In this document: positions 1 to 9,717 of the stretch, one piece after another
Numbering within the stretch: position 1 is the stretch's first letter
Layout: each line of letters begins with the position of its first letter
Assembly: GCA_024281215.1 (NCBI GenBank)
Contig: JAMJTX010000021.1
Location: forward strand, 1-36,132
DNA length: 36,132 bases
Direction of reading: 5' to 3'
Source of the DNA: Candidatus Thiovulum karukerense
GTDB lineage: Bacteria > Campylobacterota > Campylobacteria > Campylobacterales > Thiovulaceae
Position numbers and translations under genes: made by a program
The notes under the pieces: generated by a model
Told to the model about the DNA's origin: nothing
Seen by the model: only the letters and a program-made list of their open reading frames with translations
The model's database searches: none

Positions 1-105
1 TTTACAAGCTTTCTATGTCTTTTTTTAATCTATTTTCCATATAGTTTTATATCATAAAACTTGTGTAGAAAGCTATGCCATTAATGGCGAGGGTTTACGG
101 CACAG

Positions 106-1737
106 TTGCTAATAGAGGAGAAGAGAGTGAAAAATAGCAGAGTCTCAACTATACTATATGTTGAAGATGAAGATGGTGTTAGAAGCGAATTATCAGAAGT
201 CTTGGCATATTTCTGTGAAACAATCTACCTAGCAAATAATGGTGAAGACGGATTAAGACTATATAAAGAACATCTTCCAGATATCGTAGTTACAGATATA
301 AGAATGCCTCAAATGGACGGTGTTGAGATGTCCAAGCTGATTCGTAATTTAAATAGAGAACAGCACATTATCTATACAACAGCTTTTGATGAGGTTGAGT
401 ACCTCAAAGAGGCTATTGAGAATCATATTGATGCATATATTGTTAAGCCAATCGATTTAGATGAGCTGGAAAATAGATTGCAGAGACTCATAACTACTAT
501 TAATCTCGAGAAAAAGTTAAAAGAGAAACAAGATGAACTAGAGGCGATATTTAATACAACAAGAGATGGTATTGCTATATTAGATCTAAAATCAAACTTT
601 ATGTTGGTAAATCAGGCTTATGTTGATATTACAGGTTTTTCAAAAGAAGAGCTTCTTCAAAAGAGCTGTATAGAGCTGTCAATTACAGATGACCGAGAAG
701 GAACTTTTTTAGCTATTGAGAGAGTTAAACAAGATGGCTCTATGGAAAATTTTGAGAAGAGATGTTTCTCAAAAAGTGGTGCAATAATTACTGTTAATTT
801 ATCTATGGCTCTTATGCCGGACGGAAAACATATTGTTATCGGTGCAAAAGATATTACAGAGTCAAAGAGAAAAGAGCTACTCTTAAAAGAGCATAATCGG
901 TTGATTAGCCAATATATAATGATTGCTAACCTCAACTTTCAAAAAGAGATTCAATACATCTCAAAAGCATTTTTATCAAATACAGAATTGACTCAAGATG
1001 AGTGTATTGGTAAGAAGTATAGAGAGATACTATCTCCAACTATATCAAAAGTTCTATATGGACAGATATGGGATGAGGTCGAACGAAGTGGTCTTTGGGA
1101 GGGAGAGCTAAAAGTTCATCACACTAGAGAGGAGTTTATCTGGGTTAAAACATCTGTAACATTCCGATTTGATGATCAACATCAGAAGATTGGCTATACA
1201 GCTATTATGCAGGATATTACAGAGAAAAAAGTGATTGAGAAACTATCTGTAACTGATGAGCTAACAGGTCTTTTTAACAGAAGACACTTTAATGAGAAAT
1301 TCCCTGAGATTATCAATAGAGCAAAACGGAAAGATGATCTAATAGCTTTTATGATTATAGATATAGACTTTTTCAAACAGTTCAATGATACCTATGGACA
1401 TCAAGAGGGAGATAATGCTCTTCGTAGAGTAGCACAAGCAATTAAAGGTTCTCTTCGTAGAGTTGATGACTACTCTTTTAGACTTGGCGGAGAGGAGTTT
1501 GGTGTTATTTTTGAACCAAATACAAAGGAGGAAGCATACTCATTTGCAGAAGTATTAAGGAAATGTGTTGAAAAGCTTCAGATTGAACACTCTCAAAGTA
1601 ATATCAGTAAATGGGTAACTATTTCTGCTGGTCTATTTATAGAAAAAGCTCATCTGATTGATACTGAAGAGGCTTATAGAGGAGCTGATGACTCTCTCTA
1701 TAAAGCTAAGTCTCTAGGACGAAATAGAGTTATTTAA
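106..1737 (+). CDS. Response regulator receiver - PAS - PAS - GGDEF diguanylate cyclase
   Basis: The N-terminal REC domain has the acidic pocket YVEDEDG, the phospho-acceptor context VVTDIRMP, and KP in AYIVKPID. Two PAS-like segments follow. The C-terminal GGDEF domain has an intact GGEEF A-site and an RVDD (RxxD) I-site 5 aa upstream. The ORF-track start is TTG at 106. An in-frame GTG at 127, preceded by GGAG, is an alternative start. Confidence 0.85.
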   Translation: MLIEEKRVKNSRVSTILYVEDEDGVRSELSEVLAYFCETIYLANNGEDGLRLYKEHLPDIVVTDIRMPQMDGVEMSKLIRNLNREQHIIYTTAFDEVEYLKEAIENHIDAYIVKPIDLDELENRLQRLITTINLEKKLKEKQDELEAIFNTTRDGIAILDLKSNFMLVNQAYVDITGFSKEELLQKSCIELSITDDREGTFLAIERVKQDGSMENFEKRCFSKSGAIITVNLSMALMPDGKHIVIGAKDITESKRKELLLKEHNRLISQYIMIANLNFQKEIQYISKAFLSNTELTQDECIGKKYREILSPTISKVLYGQIWDEVERSGLWEGELKVHHTREEFIWVKTSVTFRFDDQHQKIGYTAIMQDITEKKVIEKLSVTDELTGLFNRRHFNEKFPEIINRAKRKDDLIAFMIIDIDFFKQFNDTYGHQEGDNALRRVAQAIKGSLRRVDDYSFRLGGEEFGVIFEPNTKEEAYSFAEVLRKCVEKLQIEHSQSNISKWVTISAGLFIEKAHLIDTEEAYRGADDSLYKAKSLGRNRVI

Positions 1738-2114
1738 GTAGGGTAACTAACAAGTTGTCACTATTTCTATTTAACAAAAAATCTCCTATTTTTGGGATTG
1801 CCCCGATTGTAACAAATAAGACTTATATGAGTTTAAAACTCAAGTTAAGATCTGAAGCTCTATCTACACTATCATAGCTTCACCAAAAACATAGTGCGGA
1901 TCTATAGAGTAATTAAAATGTGTTAAACTTTCGTCTATATATCGCATAATGGCTTGATTTCTGAGAACTCTATGCCGGAGCGGTCAGAGAAGATTTAACC
2001 TGCTCGGTTGGACTTTTCTATCAAAAAGATATTAATTATAATAAAATATATATTTAAATAGAAATCTATTTCTCTTTTTGAAAATTATTAACATCACTAT
2101 TCTGGAGAAGGAGC

Positions 2115-5100
2115 ATGAAACACAATCTTCAATCTATGTTCAAAGACAACTGTGGATTTGGACTGATAGCAAATATTAAAAATAGAGCTTCACATGAAAA
2201 CTTAAAAAATGCAATTACTGCACTTGAAAGAATGATGCACAGGGGAGCAGTTGCTGCCGATGGAAAAACTGGAGACGGAAGTGGTCTTCTTCTCTCGATG
2301 CCTCATGAATTCATGAATAAAGTAACAGAGAGAGATGGGGTAGATCTGCCTGATCAATATGCTGTTGCTATGATATTCACAAAAAATCTTAGCAGAGTTG
2401 AAAAGTTTGAAGAGGTTTGCGAAGAGAACGATCTAAAAGTTATCCATACAAGAGAGGTTCCTGTTGATAAGAATGCTCTTGGAGAACAGGCGATGGAGTC
2501 TCTTCCTCTAATCAGACAGCTATTTGTTGTGCCTAACTCAATTATGGCAACAAAGAGATTTCAAGCTCTTCAATATCTTGTAAGAAAAGAGGTTGAACAC
2601 CTATTTGGCAATGATAGAGATTTCTATATTGCTAGTTTTAGTGATGTTACTATCTCTTATAAAGGGTTGGTTATGCCAACTCATATTCAAGAGTTCTATA
2701 AAGATCTAAGCGATAAAGATTTTAAGATCTCATTTGCACTCTTCCATCAAAGATTCTCAACAAACACTCTACCAGAGTGGAGACTTGCTCAACCATTTAG
2801 AAATATTGCTCACAACGGAGAGATTAACTCTGTCACAGCGAATCGACTCAATGTTGAGATTAAGTCAGAGAATATTAAGAGTGAAGTCTTCTCAGAAGAT
2901 GAGCTTGGACGAATCTTTCCAATTATCCAAAATGGAAGTTCAGATAGTGCATCTCTCGATAACTTCTTTGAGTTCTTAATTTTAAATGATGTAGATTTCT
3001 TCAAAGCTGTTCGTTCAATGATTCCAGCACCTTGGCAGAATGCACCATATATTGATGCGAAGATGAGAGCATACTACGAGTATCGAAGTGCATCTTATGA
3101 GGCTTGGGACGGTCCAGCAGCGGTGAGCTTAACAGATGGTAGATATATCGCTACTGTTCTCGATAGAAATGGTCTCCGACCAGCAAAATATATCGTTACA
3201 AATGATGACACTCTTCTTGTCTCTTCAGAATATGGGGTTGTTGATATTCCAGATGAGGAGATTAAAGAGAGAGGACGACTTCAGAGTGGTCAGATGATTG
3301 GGCTTGACCTTAAGTTTGGAAAGGTTCTTAAGAATGGTGAAATTAATGACTATCTTAAGACTTCTAAAAACTATATGGAGTGGCTTAATGAGAATATGAT
3401 CTATATTCAAGAGCATATTAGTGAGCCAGCCTGCGATGAGAATGAGTGTGAAAGCAAACTTCACGATAAACAGCGGTTCTTTAATATAACTCACGAGGTA
3501 ATCGAGCAAGTTATTGAACCTATGTATAAAGATGGAAAAGAGGCTGTTGGCTCTATGGGTGATGATACTCCTATGGCTGTATTCTCAACTCAAAATAGAA
3601 GTTTCTCAGACTACTTCCGACAGAAGTTTGCACAGGTAACAAACCCACCTATCGATCCAATTCGAGAAAAAGTGGTAATGAGTCTAAATACTGGATTTGG
3701 ACCAATATCAAATATTCTTGAAGAGACTCCAGAGAATGCAAAGAGAATTAAATCTACAACTCCTATCCTAACAAAAGAGAAATTAGATGTTCTATTGTCA
3801 TTTGGAGATAGCGAACACCCAAGATTTGACCCAATCTATAAAAATAAGACTTACTTTACTCTAATGAAGTCATCTCTTCAAGACTCACTAGACTCTCTAG
3901 TTAATACAATTGTTAAAGATGTCAAGAGTGGTGATGTAAGAGTTATTCTTCTTTCAGATAAGAAAGTTAGTAAAACATATCCAACAATGCCAATGTTAAT
4001 GGTAGTTGGCAAACTTAATCAGACTCTACTTAAAGAGAAGATTAGACATAAAGTCTCAATTGTTGCTGTAACTGGTGAAGTTTATGATTCACATGCTTCA
4101 GCTACAATATTAGCTTATGGTGCAACAGCAATATATCCATATCTCCTATTCTCAACTGTTCATAATAGGTTAAAGCATACTGATGATATGGTTGATTGTA
4201 AAGAGAGCTTCAAGTCTGTATCTAACTCTCTTAATAGTGGACTTCTGAAAATTATGTCAAAGATGGGTATTTCAACAATTGCATCTTATAGAAACTCATC
4301 TCTATTTGATATTATTGGTCTATCTAAAGAGATTACAGATGAGTGTTTCCCTGACTCTGCCAATATGATTGGTGGTATCGGTTATGATGAGGTTGAGAGA
4401 CGAATCAGAAAAGCTCATGCTGATGCATTTGAAGTTAGTGGATTCCGAAGTGTATATCCTCTTGATATGGGTGGTTTCTATAAATATGTCTCTGGAAAAG
4501 AGTATCACGACTTCTCTCCAGCTGTTATTCACTCAATTCATAAAGGGACTGATGGACAAGGATTTGATCAATTCCGAGATCTTGTAAATAATCGAGGTCA
4601 GAAATTTATCAGAGACTTTTTAGAGTTTAAATCAGATAGATCAGAGATTGAAGTTGGTGCAGTTGAACCAAAAGAGGCTATCTTCAGAAGATTTGTATCT
4701 GCCGCAATGAGTCTTGGTTCAATCTCTCCTGAAGCTCACGAGGCTATGGCAGAGGCGATGAACACTATTGGTGGTCAATCAAACTCTGGAGAGGGTGGAG
4801 AGTCAAAAAGCAGATTTAAAACTGTTAAAAACTCAAAAATTAAACAGGTTGCTTCTGGACGATTTGGGGTTACTCCTGCATATTTAAGAAGTGCTGAAGA
4901 GATTCAGATTAAAGTTGCACAGGGTGCAAAACCGGGTGAGGGTGGTCAGTTACCGGGGCATAAAGTAACACCTCTAATTGCTGAACTCCGATATACAGTC
5001 CCAGGTGTAACACTTATTTCACCACCACCTCATCACGATATCTACTCAATTGAGGATTTAGCACAACTTATCTTTGACCTTAAACAGGTAAATCCAGAGG

Positions 5101-6536
5101 CAAGAATTGCTGTTAAACTTGTATCAACTTCAGGTGTTGGAACTATCGCTTCTGGTGTTGCAAAAGCTTATGCAGATAAGATCATTATCTCTGGTGCTGA
5201 TGGTGGTACAGGTGCCGCTCCACTTACATCAATCAAGTTTGCTGGTAACCCTTGGGAGATTGGACTTGCAGAGGCTCACAACTCACTTAAAGCAAACGGT
5301 CTTCGAGAGCTTGTTGAACTTCAGACAGATGGTGGTCTTAAGACTGGACTCGATGTTGTTAAAGCTGCGATTCTTGGAGCAGAGAGTTATGCATTCGGAA
5401 CAGCTGTTTTAACTATTCTTGGTTGTAAAATCCTGAGAGTTTGTCACCTTAACAAGTGTTCTGTTGGTATCGCAACTCAAGATGAGACACTCCGAAGCGA
5501 ATTCTATACAGGAACAGTAGAGAAGATAATCTCTTACTTTAACTTTATCGCTGAAGATATTCGAGAGATTCTTGCAAAACTTGGTTATACATCTCTTGAG
5601 CAGATTATTGGACGAACAGATCTTCTCCAAGTTATTGATGATGAGTTTGCAAAAGAGTTTGACTTCTCAAATGTTCTTCTTCGACTTGAAGAGGGTGGAG
5701 ATACTTGCCAATATGAGCATAATGAACCATTTGATGACAACAGCTTTGAGAAAGAGATTGTTGGTGAGATTCAAAACACTCTTAAAAATCCAAACGACAA
5801 TATAGTTATCTATCGAGAGATTACAAACCTAAATAGAAGTTTTGGTGCAAGAGTATCTGGTGAGATTGCTAAATACTATGGCGATGATGGTCTGCCAGAG
5901 AATAGTGTTAAGATTAAACTTAGCGGAACAGCTGGACAGTCTCTAGGTGCATTCTTAAGTAGTGGTGTCTCTATCTATCTTCGAGGTGTAGCAAATGACT
6001 ATGTTGGAAAAGGTATGAACGGCGGTAAGATTATCATCTCATCTCCTCTTCAGGGTGAGCAGTACTCAGCTGTTGGTAACACTTGTCTATATGGTTCAAC
6101 TGGCGGAAAGCTATATGCTTCTGGTAGTGCTGGAGAGAGATTTGGGGTTAGAAACTCTGGAACAACTGCTGTTGTTGAGGGAACAGGAGACCATGCTTGT
6201 GAGTATATGACAGGTGGTATTGTCTGTATTCTTGGTAAAACAGGTCTTAACTTTGGAGCTGGTATGACAGGTGGTGTTGCATTTATCTATGATGAGAAGC
6301 GAACATTTATCGAAAATATGAATCAAGAGCTAATCCAAGCAGTTAGAATTGATACAGATGAGACTAATGAGGCTAGACACTATCTCAAGAGACTTCTCAA
6401 AGACTACTTTAACGAGACAGGTAGCCGAAAAGCGAAAGAGATTCTTGACAACTTCCGAAGCGAAATTCGAGACTTCTGGTTAGTTCAACCAAAAAATATG
6501 AAGAAACTTATTCTCAACCCAGGTGATGGAGATTAA
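2115..6536 (+). CDS. gltB: Glutamate synthase large subunit
   Basis: The 1473-aa protein is colinear with GltB. It has the Ntn-amidotransferase Cys after a short propeptide (FKDNCGFGLIA), a central FMN/Fe-S domain (GEGGE...KVAQGAKPGEGGQLPG) and the C-terminal GXGXG beta-helix domain. AGGAG lies just upstream of the ATG. Confidence 0.95.
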   Translation: MKHNLQSMFKDNCGFGLIANIKNRASHENLKNAITALERMMHRGAVAADGKTGDGSGLLLSMPHEFMNKVTERDGVDLPDQYAVAMIFTKNLSRVEKFEEVCEENDLKVIHTREVPVDKNALGEQAMESLPLIRQLFVVPNSIMATKRFQALQYLVRKEVEHLFGNDRDFYIASFSDVTISYKGLVMPTHIQEFYKDLSDKDFKISFALFHQRFSTNTLPEWRLAQPFRNIAHNGEINSVTANRLNVEIKSENIKSEVFSEDELGRIFPIIQNGSSDSASLDNFFEFLILNDVDFFKAVRSMIPAPWQNAPYIDAKMRAYYEYRSASYEAWDGPAAVSLTDGRYIATVLDRNGLRPAKYIVTNDDTLLVSSEYGVVDIPDEEIKERGRLQSGQMIGLDLKFGKVLKNGEINDYLKTSKNYMEWLNENMIYIQEHISEPACDENECESKLHDKQRFFNITHEVIEQVIEPMYKDGKEAVGSMGDDTPMAVFSTQNRSFSDYFRQKFAQVTNPPIDPIREKVVMSLNTGFGPISNILEETPENAKRIKSTTPILTKEKLDVLLSFGDSEHPRFDPIYKNKTYFTLMKSSLQDSLDSLVNTIVKDVKSGDVRVILLSDKKVSKTYPTMPMLMVVGKLNQTLLKEKIRHKVSIVAVTGEVYDSHASATILAYGATAIYPYLLFSTVHNRLKHTDDMVDCKESFKSVSNSLNSGLLKIMSKMGISTIASYRNSSLFDIIGLSKEITDECFPDSANMIGGIGYDEVERRIRKAHADAFEVSGFRSVYPLDMGGFYKYVSGKEYHDFSPAVIHSIHKGTDGQGFDQFRDLVNNRGQKFIRDFLEFKSDRSEIEVGAVEPKEAIFRRFVSAAMSLGSISPEAHEAMAEAMNTIGGQSNSGEGGESKSRFKTVKNSKIKQVASGRFGVTPAYLRSAEEIQIKVAQGAKPGEGGQLPGHKVTPLIAELRYTVPGVTLISPPPHHDIYSIEDLAQLIFDLKQVNPEARIAVKLVSTSGVGTIASGVAKAYADKIIISGADGGTGAAPLTSIKFAGNPWEIGLAEAHNSLKANGLRELVELQTDGGLKTGLDVVKAAILGAESYAFGTAVLTILGCKILRVCHLNKCSVGIATQDETLRSEFYTGTVEKIISYFNFIAEDIREILAKLGYTSLEQIIGRTDLLQVIDDEFAKEFDFSNVLLRLEEGGDTCQYEHNEPFDDNSFEKEIVGEIQNTLKNPNDNIVIYREITNLNRSFGARVSGEIAKYYGDDGLPENSVKIKLSGTAGQSLGAFLSSGVSIYLRGVANDYVGKGMNGGKIIISSPLQGEQYSAVGNTCLYGSTGGKLYASGSAGERFGVRNSGTTAVVEGTGDHACEYMTGGIVCILGKTGLNFGAGMTGGVAFIYDEKRTFIENMNQELIQAVRIDTDETNEARHYLKRLLKDYFNETGSRKAKEILDNFRSEIRDFWLVQPKNMKKLILNPGDGD

Positions 6537-6544
6537 TAAGGATT

Positions 6545-7813
6545 TTGGAGGGTTTTCCCTCCTATAAACAGTTGAAAACTCAGAGCTTCCCTTATCTACA
6601 ACTAGCATTTAAAACTGTTCGTAAAGAGAGAGGGAGAAGCTCTATCACTATTCTCCTAACAGCTCTATCCACTGCTATGTTAATTTTTATCACCGCTTTA
6701 ATGGACGGCGAACATCAGACTCTTCTAAAAAGTAGTGTTGAGTTATATTCTGGATATATAAATATAAAACATAATAAATTCCGAGATGAACCTAGCATCG
6801 AATATCTAATTAGAGATTCAGATATGATGGTGGATAAACTTAAAAATAGAGATGATATTCAAGCTGTCTCACAACGATTTGATACTTTTGTCCTCTTCTC
6901 AACAGATAGTCGTTCAGTTGGAGGAATGCTTTCAGGCATTCAACCAGAGAGTGAAAAGATGACATCAAAACTTAAACTCTCTCTTCTAAAAGGGAAGTAT
7001 CTTCAAGCAGATGATAAAGATAGTCTTTATATCGGTTCTGAACTTGCAAAACTTCTTAAAGTTGATATAGGAGATAGAGTCTCATTTATCGGTACAGGTT
7101 CCGATTACTCATTCTGTGCTGATAATTTAACTGTTAAAGGTATTTTCCAGACAGGACTATTTGAGTTTGATAGCCAGAGTGCCTTTTTGAATAAGAGCTA
7201 TTTTGATAAGGTGTTCCTTACGGAAAGTCTAGCAACAGAGATAGTTCTTCTTCCAAAGAATATAGATATGGCTGATAAGGCTAGCCACTCTATTCAACAT
7301 ACTCTTTCTGAAGAGCTATCTTCTGAGAGTTGGAGAGAGAGCATGAAGTCGCTCGTTAAAGCGATGGAGCTTGATGCAATATTCGGTTATATAACAGTTG
7401 GTATACTTTTTATTGTTATTCTGTTTGTTATATTGATATATACATTCCTAACACTCTTTGCCAGAATTAAAGAGATAGGTGTCTTAAGAGCAGTTGGGAC
7501 ATCTCAAAGAGAGATATTTGCAATGCTGTTTGCTGAATCTATCACTCTCTCATTTATAGGGGTAGTTGTAGGTGTTCTAATAGGGGGAGGCTTAGCTCTA
7601 TATTTCAACATCAATCCAATAGAGTTTGGGGCTGAGTTTGAAGAGCAGTTTAAACAGTATGGCTTTATCAACACTGCCATTCCAACTGATTTTAATATAT
7701 CGAATATATTTAGAGATGGTCTGATAATATTTGCTCTCTCTATTGGAAGTACCATCTACCCAATTATCAAAGTTAATTCATATCGACCAGTTGAAGCGAT
7801 TCACCATGTTTAA
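6545..7813 (+). CDS. FtsX/MacB/LolC-type ABC transporter permease (first of two)
   Basis: The 422-aa protein has an N-terminal TM helix, a large extracytoplasmic domain of about 230 aa, and a C-terminal three-TM FtsX-like bundle (IGVLRAVGTSQREIF motif). It has a TTG start 8 nt after the gltB stop. Confidence 0.75.
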   Translation: MEGFPSYKQLKTQSFPYLQLAFKTVRKERGRSSITILLTALSTAMLIFITALMDGEHQTLLKSSVELYSGYINIKHNKFRDEPSIEYLIRDSDMMVDKLKNRDDIQAVSQRFDTFVLFSTDSRSVGGMLSGIQPESEKMTSKLKLSLLKGKYLQADDKDSLYIGSELAKLLKVDIGDRVSFIGTGSDYSFCADNLTVKGIFQTGLFEFDSQSAFLNKSYFDKVFLTESLATEIVLLPKNIDMADKASHSIQHTLSEELSSESWRESMKSLVKAMELDAIFGYITVGILFIVILFVILIYTFLTLFARIKEIGVLRAVGTSQREIFAMLFAESITLSFIGVVVGVLIGGGLALYFNINPIEFGAEFEEQFKQYGFINTAIPTDFNISNIFRDGLIIFALSIGSTIYPIIKVNSYRPVEAIHHV

Positions 7814-9023
7814 ACTCATTTTAAAAAGCTCACTCTCATCTCTCTCTATTCGGAAAGGTAGAACAGCTCTAGTTATTGTTATGATAGCTATCTCTCTTTG
7901 GGGGTTAATGGTTATGCAGGGTGTTTATGAGGGAATGGTAGAGCAGATGATCTCAAATGCAATCAGAAGTGATAGTGGAGAACTATCTATTTTTAAAAGT
8001 CGATTTCGAGAAGAGAAGAGTATAGAGTTATATATTCATACTGAAAAAGCGATTGAAGAGTATTTAGAGAGAGTTGAAAATATTCGTAGCTACTCTAAAA
8101 AAATATCAATAATGGGGGTAGTCTCTTCTGCAAGATATAGTAGAAATATATATATACATGGGGTTAATCTTCAACAAGAGAGCGAACATTCACAGTTGCA
8201 AAACTACCTCATCGATGGTGATTTCTCATTTGGACAAAGAGAAAGGGGGGCTATTCTGGGATATAACCTTGCAAAAAAACTTAAAATTGAAGTTGGTAAA
8301 AAGGTTGTAGTCTCAACTCAAGATAGCTATGGTGATATAACATCTATTAAGCTCAAAGTAATGGGAATTCTTAAAACAAATAATATGACCTTTGATGATA
8401 GTGGTATATTTATGAGTTTAGAAAAAGCTAAAAAGTTTCTCTCACTTAATGGAGTGACTCAGTTCAGCATAAATCTTGAAGATTTTAGCAGAGTTGATGA
8501 GTTGAAAAAAGATGTTAAGAGTAAATTTCAAAATTTAGAACTATATGACTGGAGAGAGTTGTACCCTGCTCTTATTCAATCAAGAGAGATGATGGTTATT
8601 TTTAACTACATAAGCTATCTAATTGTTTTTATTATCGCTTCAATAGGGGTGTTTGGAGTTATGTTAGTCTCAATTATGGAGCGATTAAGAGAGTTTGCAA
8701 TCTTGAGAGCAATTGGTACGAAATTTTCTTACATTTTCTATATGATTTTTTTTGAAAGTCTCTTGATGGGGCTATCTGGGTTCATAGTTGGCTCAGTTCT
8801 TGGAGGAGGGACTCTATACTACTTCTCTATCTACGGATTAGATTTAACACAATTTAGTGATGCTCTATCAGAGTTTGGAATGGATGCAATAACATTTGCA
8901 ACAATCAAAGTCGAATACTTTATTACAGCATTTATCTCTGTCTTTAGTGCTACCCTTTTAAGTCTAGTAGGACCATTAAGATTTTTAAGAAAAAGAACTC
9001 CAATAGAGGTTATAAATGGATAG
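7806..9023 (+). CDS. FtsX/MacB/LolE-type ABC transporter permease (second of two)
   Basis: It has the same architecture as the upstream permease (FAILRAIGTKFSYIF motif). I place the start at the internal ATG at 7806 (MFKLILKSS...), which overlaps the upstream stop as ATGTTTAA. The longer ORF-track start at 7731 would overlap the preceding gene by 83 nt. Confidence 0.75.
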   Translation: MFKLILKSSLSSLSIRKGRTALVIVMIAISLWGLMVMQGVYEGMVEQMISNAIRSDSGELSIFKSRFREEKSIELYIHTEKAIEEYLERVENIRSYSKKISIMGVVSSARYSRNIYIHGVNLQQESEHSQLQNYLIDGDFSFGQRERGAILGYNLAKKLKIEVGKKVVVSTQDSYGDITSIKLKVMGILKTNNMTFDDSGIFMSLEKAKKFLSLNGVTQFSINLEDFSRVDELKKDVKSKFQNLELYDWRELYPALIQSREMMVIFNYISYLIVFIIASIGVFGVMLVSIMERLREFAILRAIGTKFSYIFYMIFFESLLMGLSGFIVGSVLGGGTLYYFSIYGLDLTQFSDALSEFGMDAITFATIKVEYFITAFISVFSATLLSLVGPLRFLRKRTPIEVING

Positions 9024-9702
9024 TTTTTTAAGAGTGCAAAGTGTTAGTAAGATATTTAATCGAGGAGAGGCAGGAGAGAGTTTTGGTCTAAAAGATATCA
9101 ATCTCCAGATTAATAAAGGTGAGTTTATTGTGATATCTGGTCCAAGTGGAAGTGGTAAAACAACTCTGTTAAATCTAATCGGGGGATTAGACTCAATATC
9201 GTCCGGCAAGATTATATTTAATGGTATCGATATCTCATCTTTAAATGAAACAGAACTTTCAGACCTAAGAAGAGACAAGATAGGTTTTGTATTTCAAGCT
9301 TATAATCTTATATCACTATTTAGTGCAAGAGAGAATATAGAGTATGTTATGAAGCTTCGCGGTTTTTCTCAAAATGAGTGTGATATGAGAGTTGATGAGG
9401 TAGCAAGAAAACTTGGTATTGTTAAACTCTTGGATAAGTTACCAGCAAATCTAAGTGGAGGAGAGCAACAGAGAGTTGCAGTGGCTAGAGCCGTTGCCTC
9501 AAAACCTGAACTAATCTTAGCTGATGAGCCAACAGCAAATTTAGATAGCAGAAGTGCTTTAGAGCTTATGGATATGATGGAGCGACTAAATCGTGAGGAG
9601 GGTATTACAGTAATCTTCTCTTCTCACGATCCAATGGTTATAGATAAAGCCAAGAGATCCATCATCTTAAAAGATGGACACTCCCTAATTGATAGCTTTT
9701 AA
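9016..9702 (+). CDS. ABC transporter ATP-binding protein (LolD/MacB-type)
   Basis: It has Walker A GPSGSGKT, the signature LSGGEQQR and Walker B LILADEPT. The ATG overlaps the upstream permease stop (ATGGATAG), indicating translational coupling. Confidence 0.9.
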   Translation: MDSFLRVQSVSKIFNRGEAGESFGLKDINLQINKGEFIVISGPSGSGKTTLLNLIGGLDSISSGKIIFNGIDISSLNETELSDLRRDKIGFVFQAYNLISLFSARENIEYVMKLRGFSQNECDMRVDEVARKLGIVKLLDKLPANLSGGEQQRVAVARAVASKPELILADEPTANLDSRSALELMDMMERLNREEGITVIFSSHDPMVIDKAKRSIILKDGHSLIDSF

Positions 9703-9717
9703 ACTCAGTATCTGGTG

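Noticed and set aside
657-1385. ORFs antisense within the GGDEF regulator gene (657-935, 1194-1385).
   Set aside because: They are embedded in a gene with clear domain motifs. Their translations are low-complexity Ser/Ile/Phe-rich with no recognisable features.
2734-6326. Several 60-100-aa ORFs in alternative frames or antisense within gltB: 2734-2979, 2810-3004, 3225-3509, 4320-4587, 5107-5805, 6111-6326.
   Set aside because: They lie entirely inside a full-length, well-conserved gltB reading frame. Their low-complexity Leu/Ser/Ile-rich translations are typical of off-frame AT-rich sequence, and they have no RBS context.
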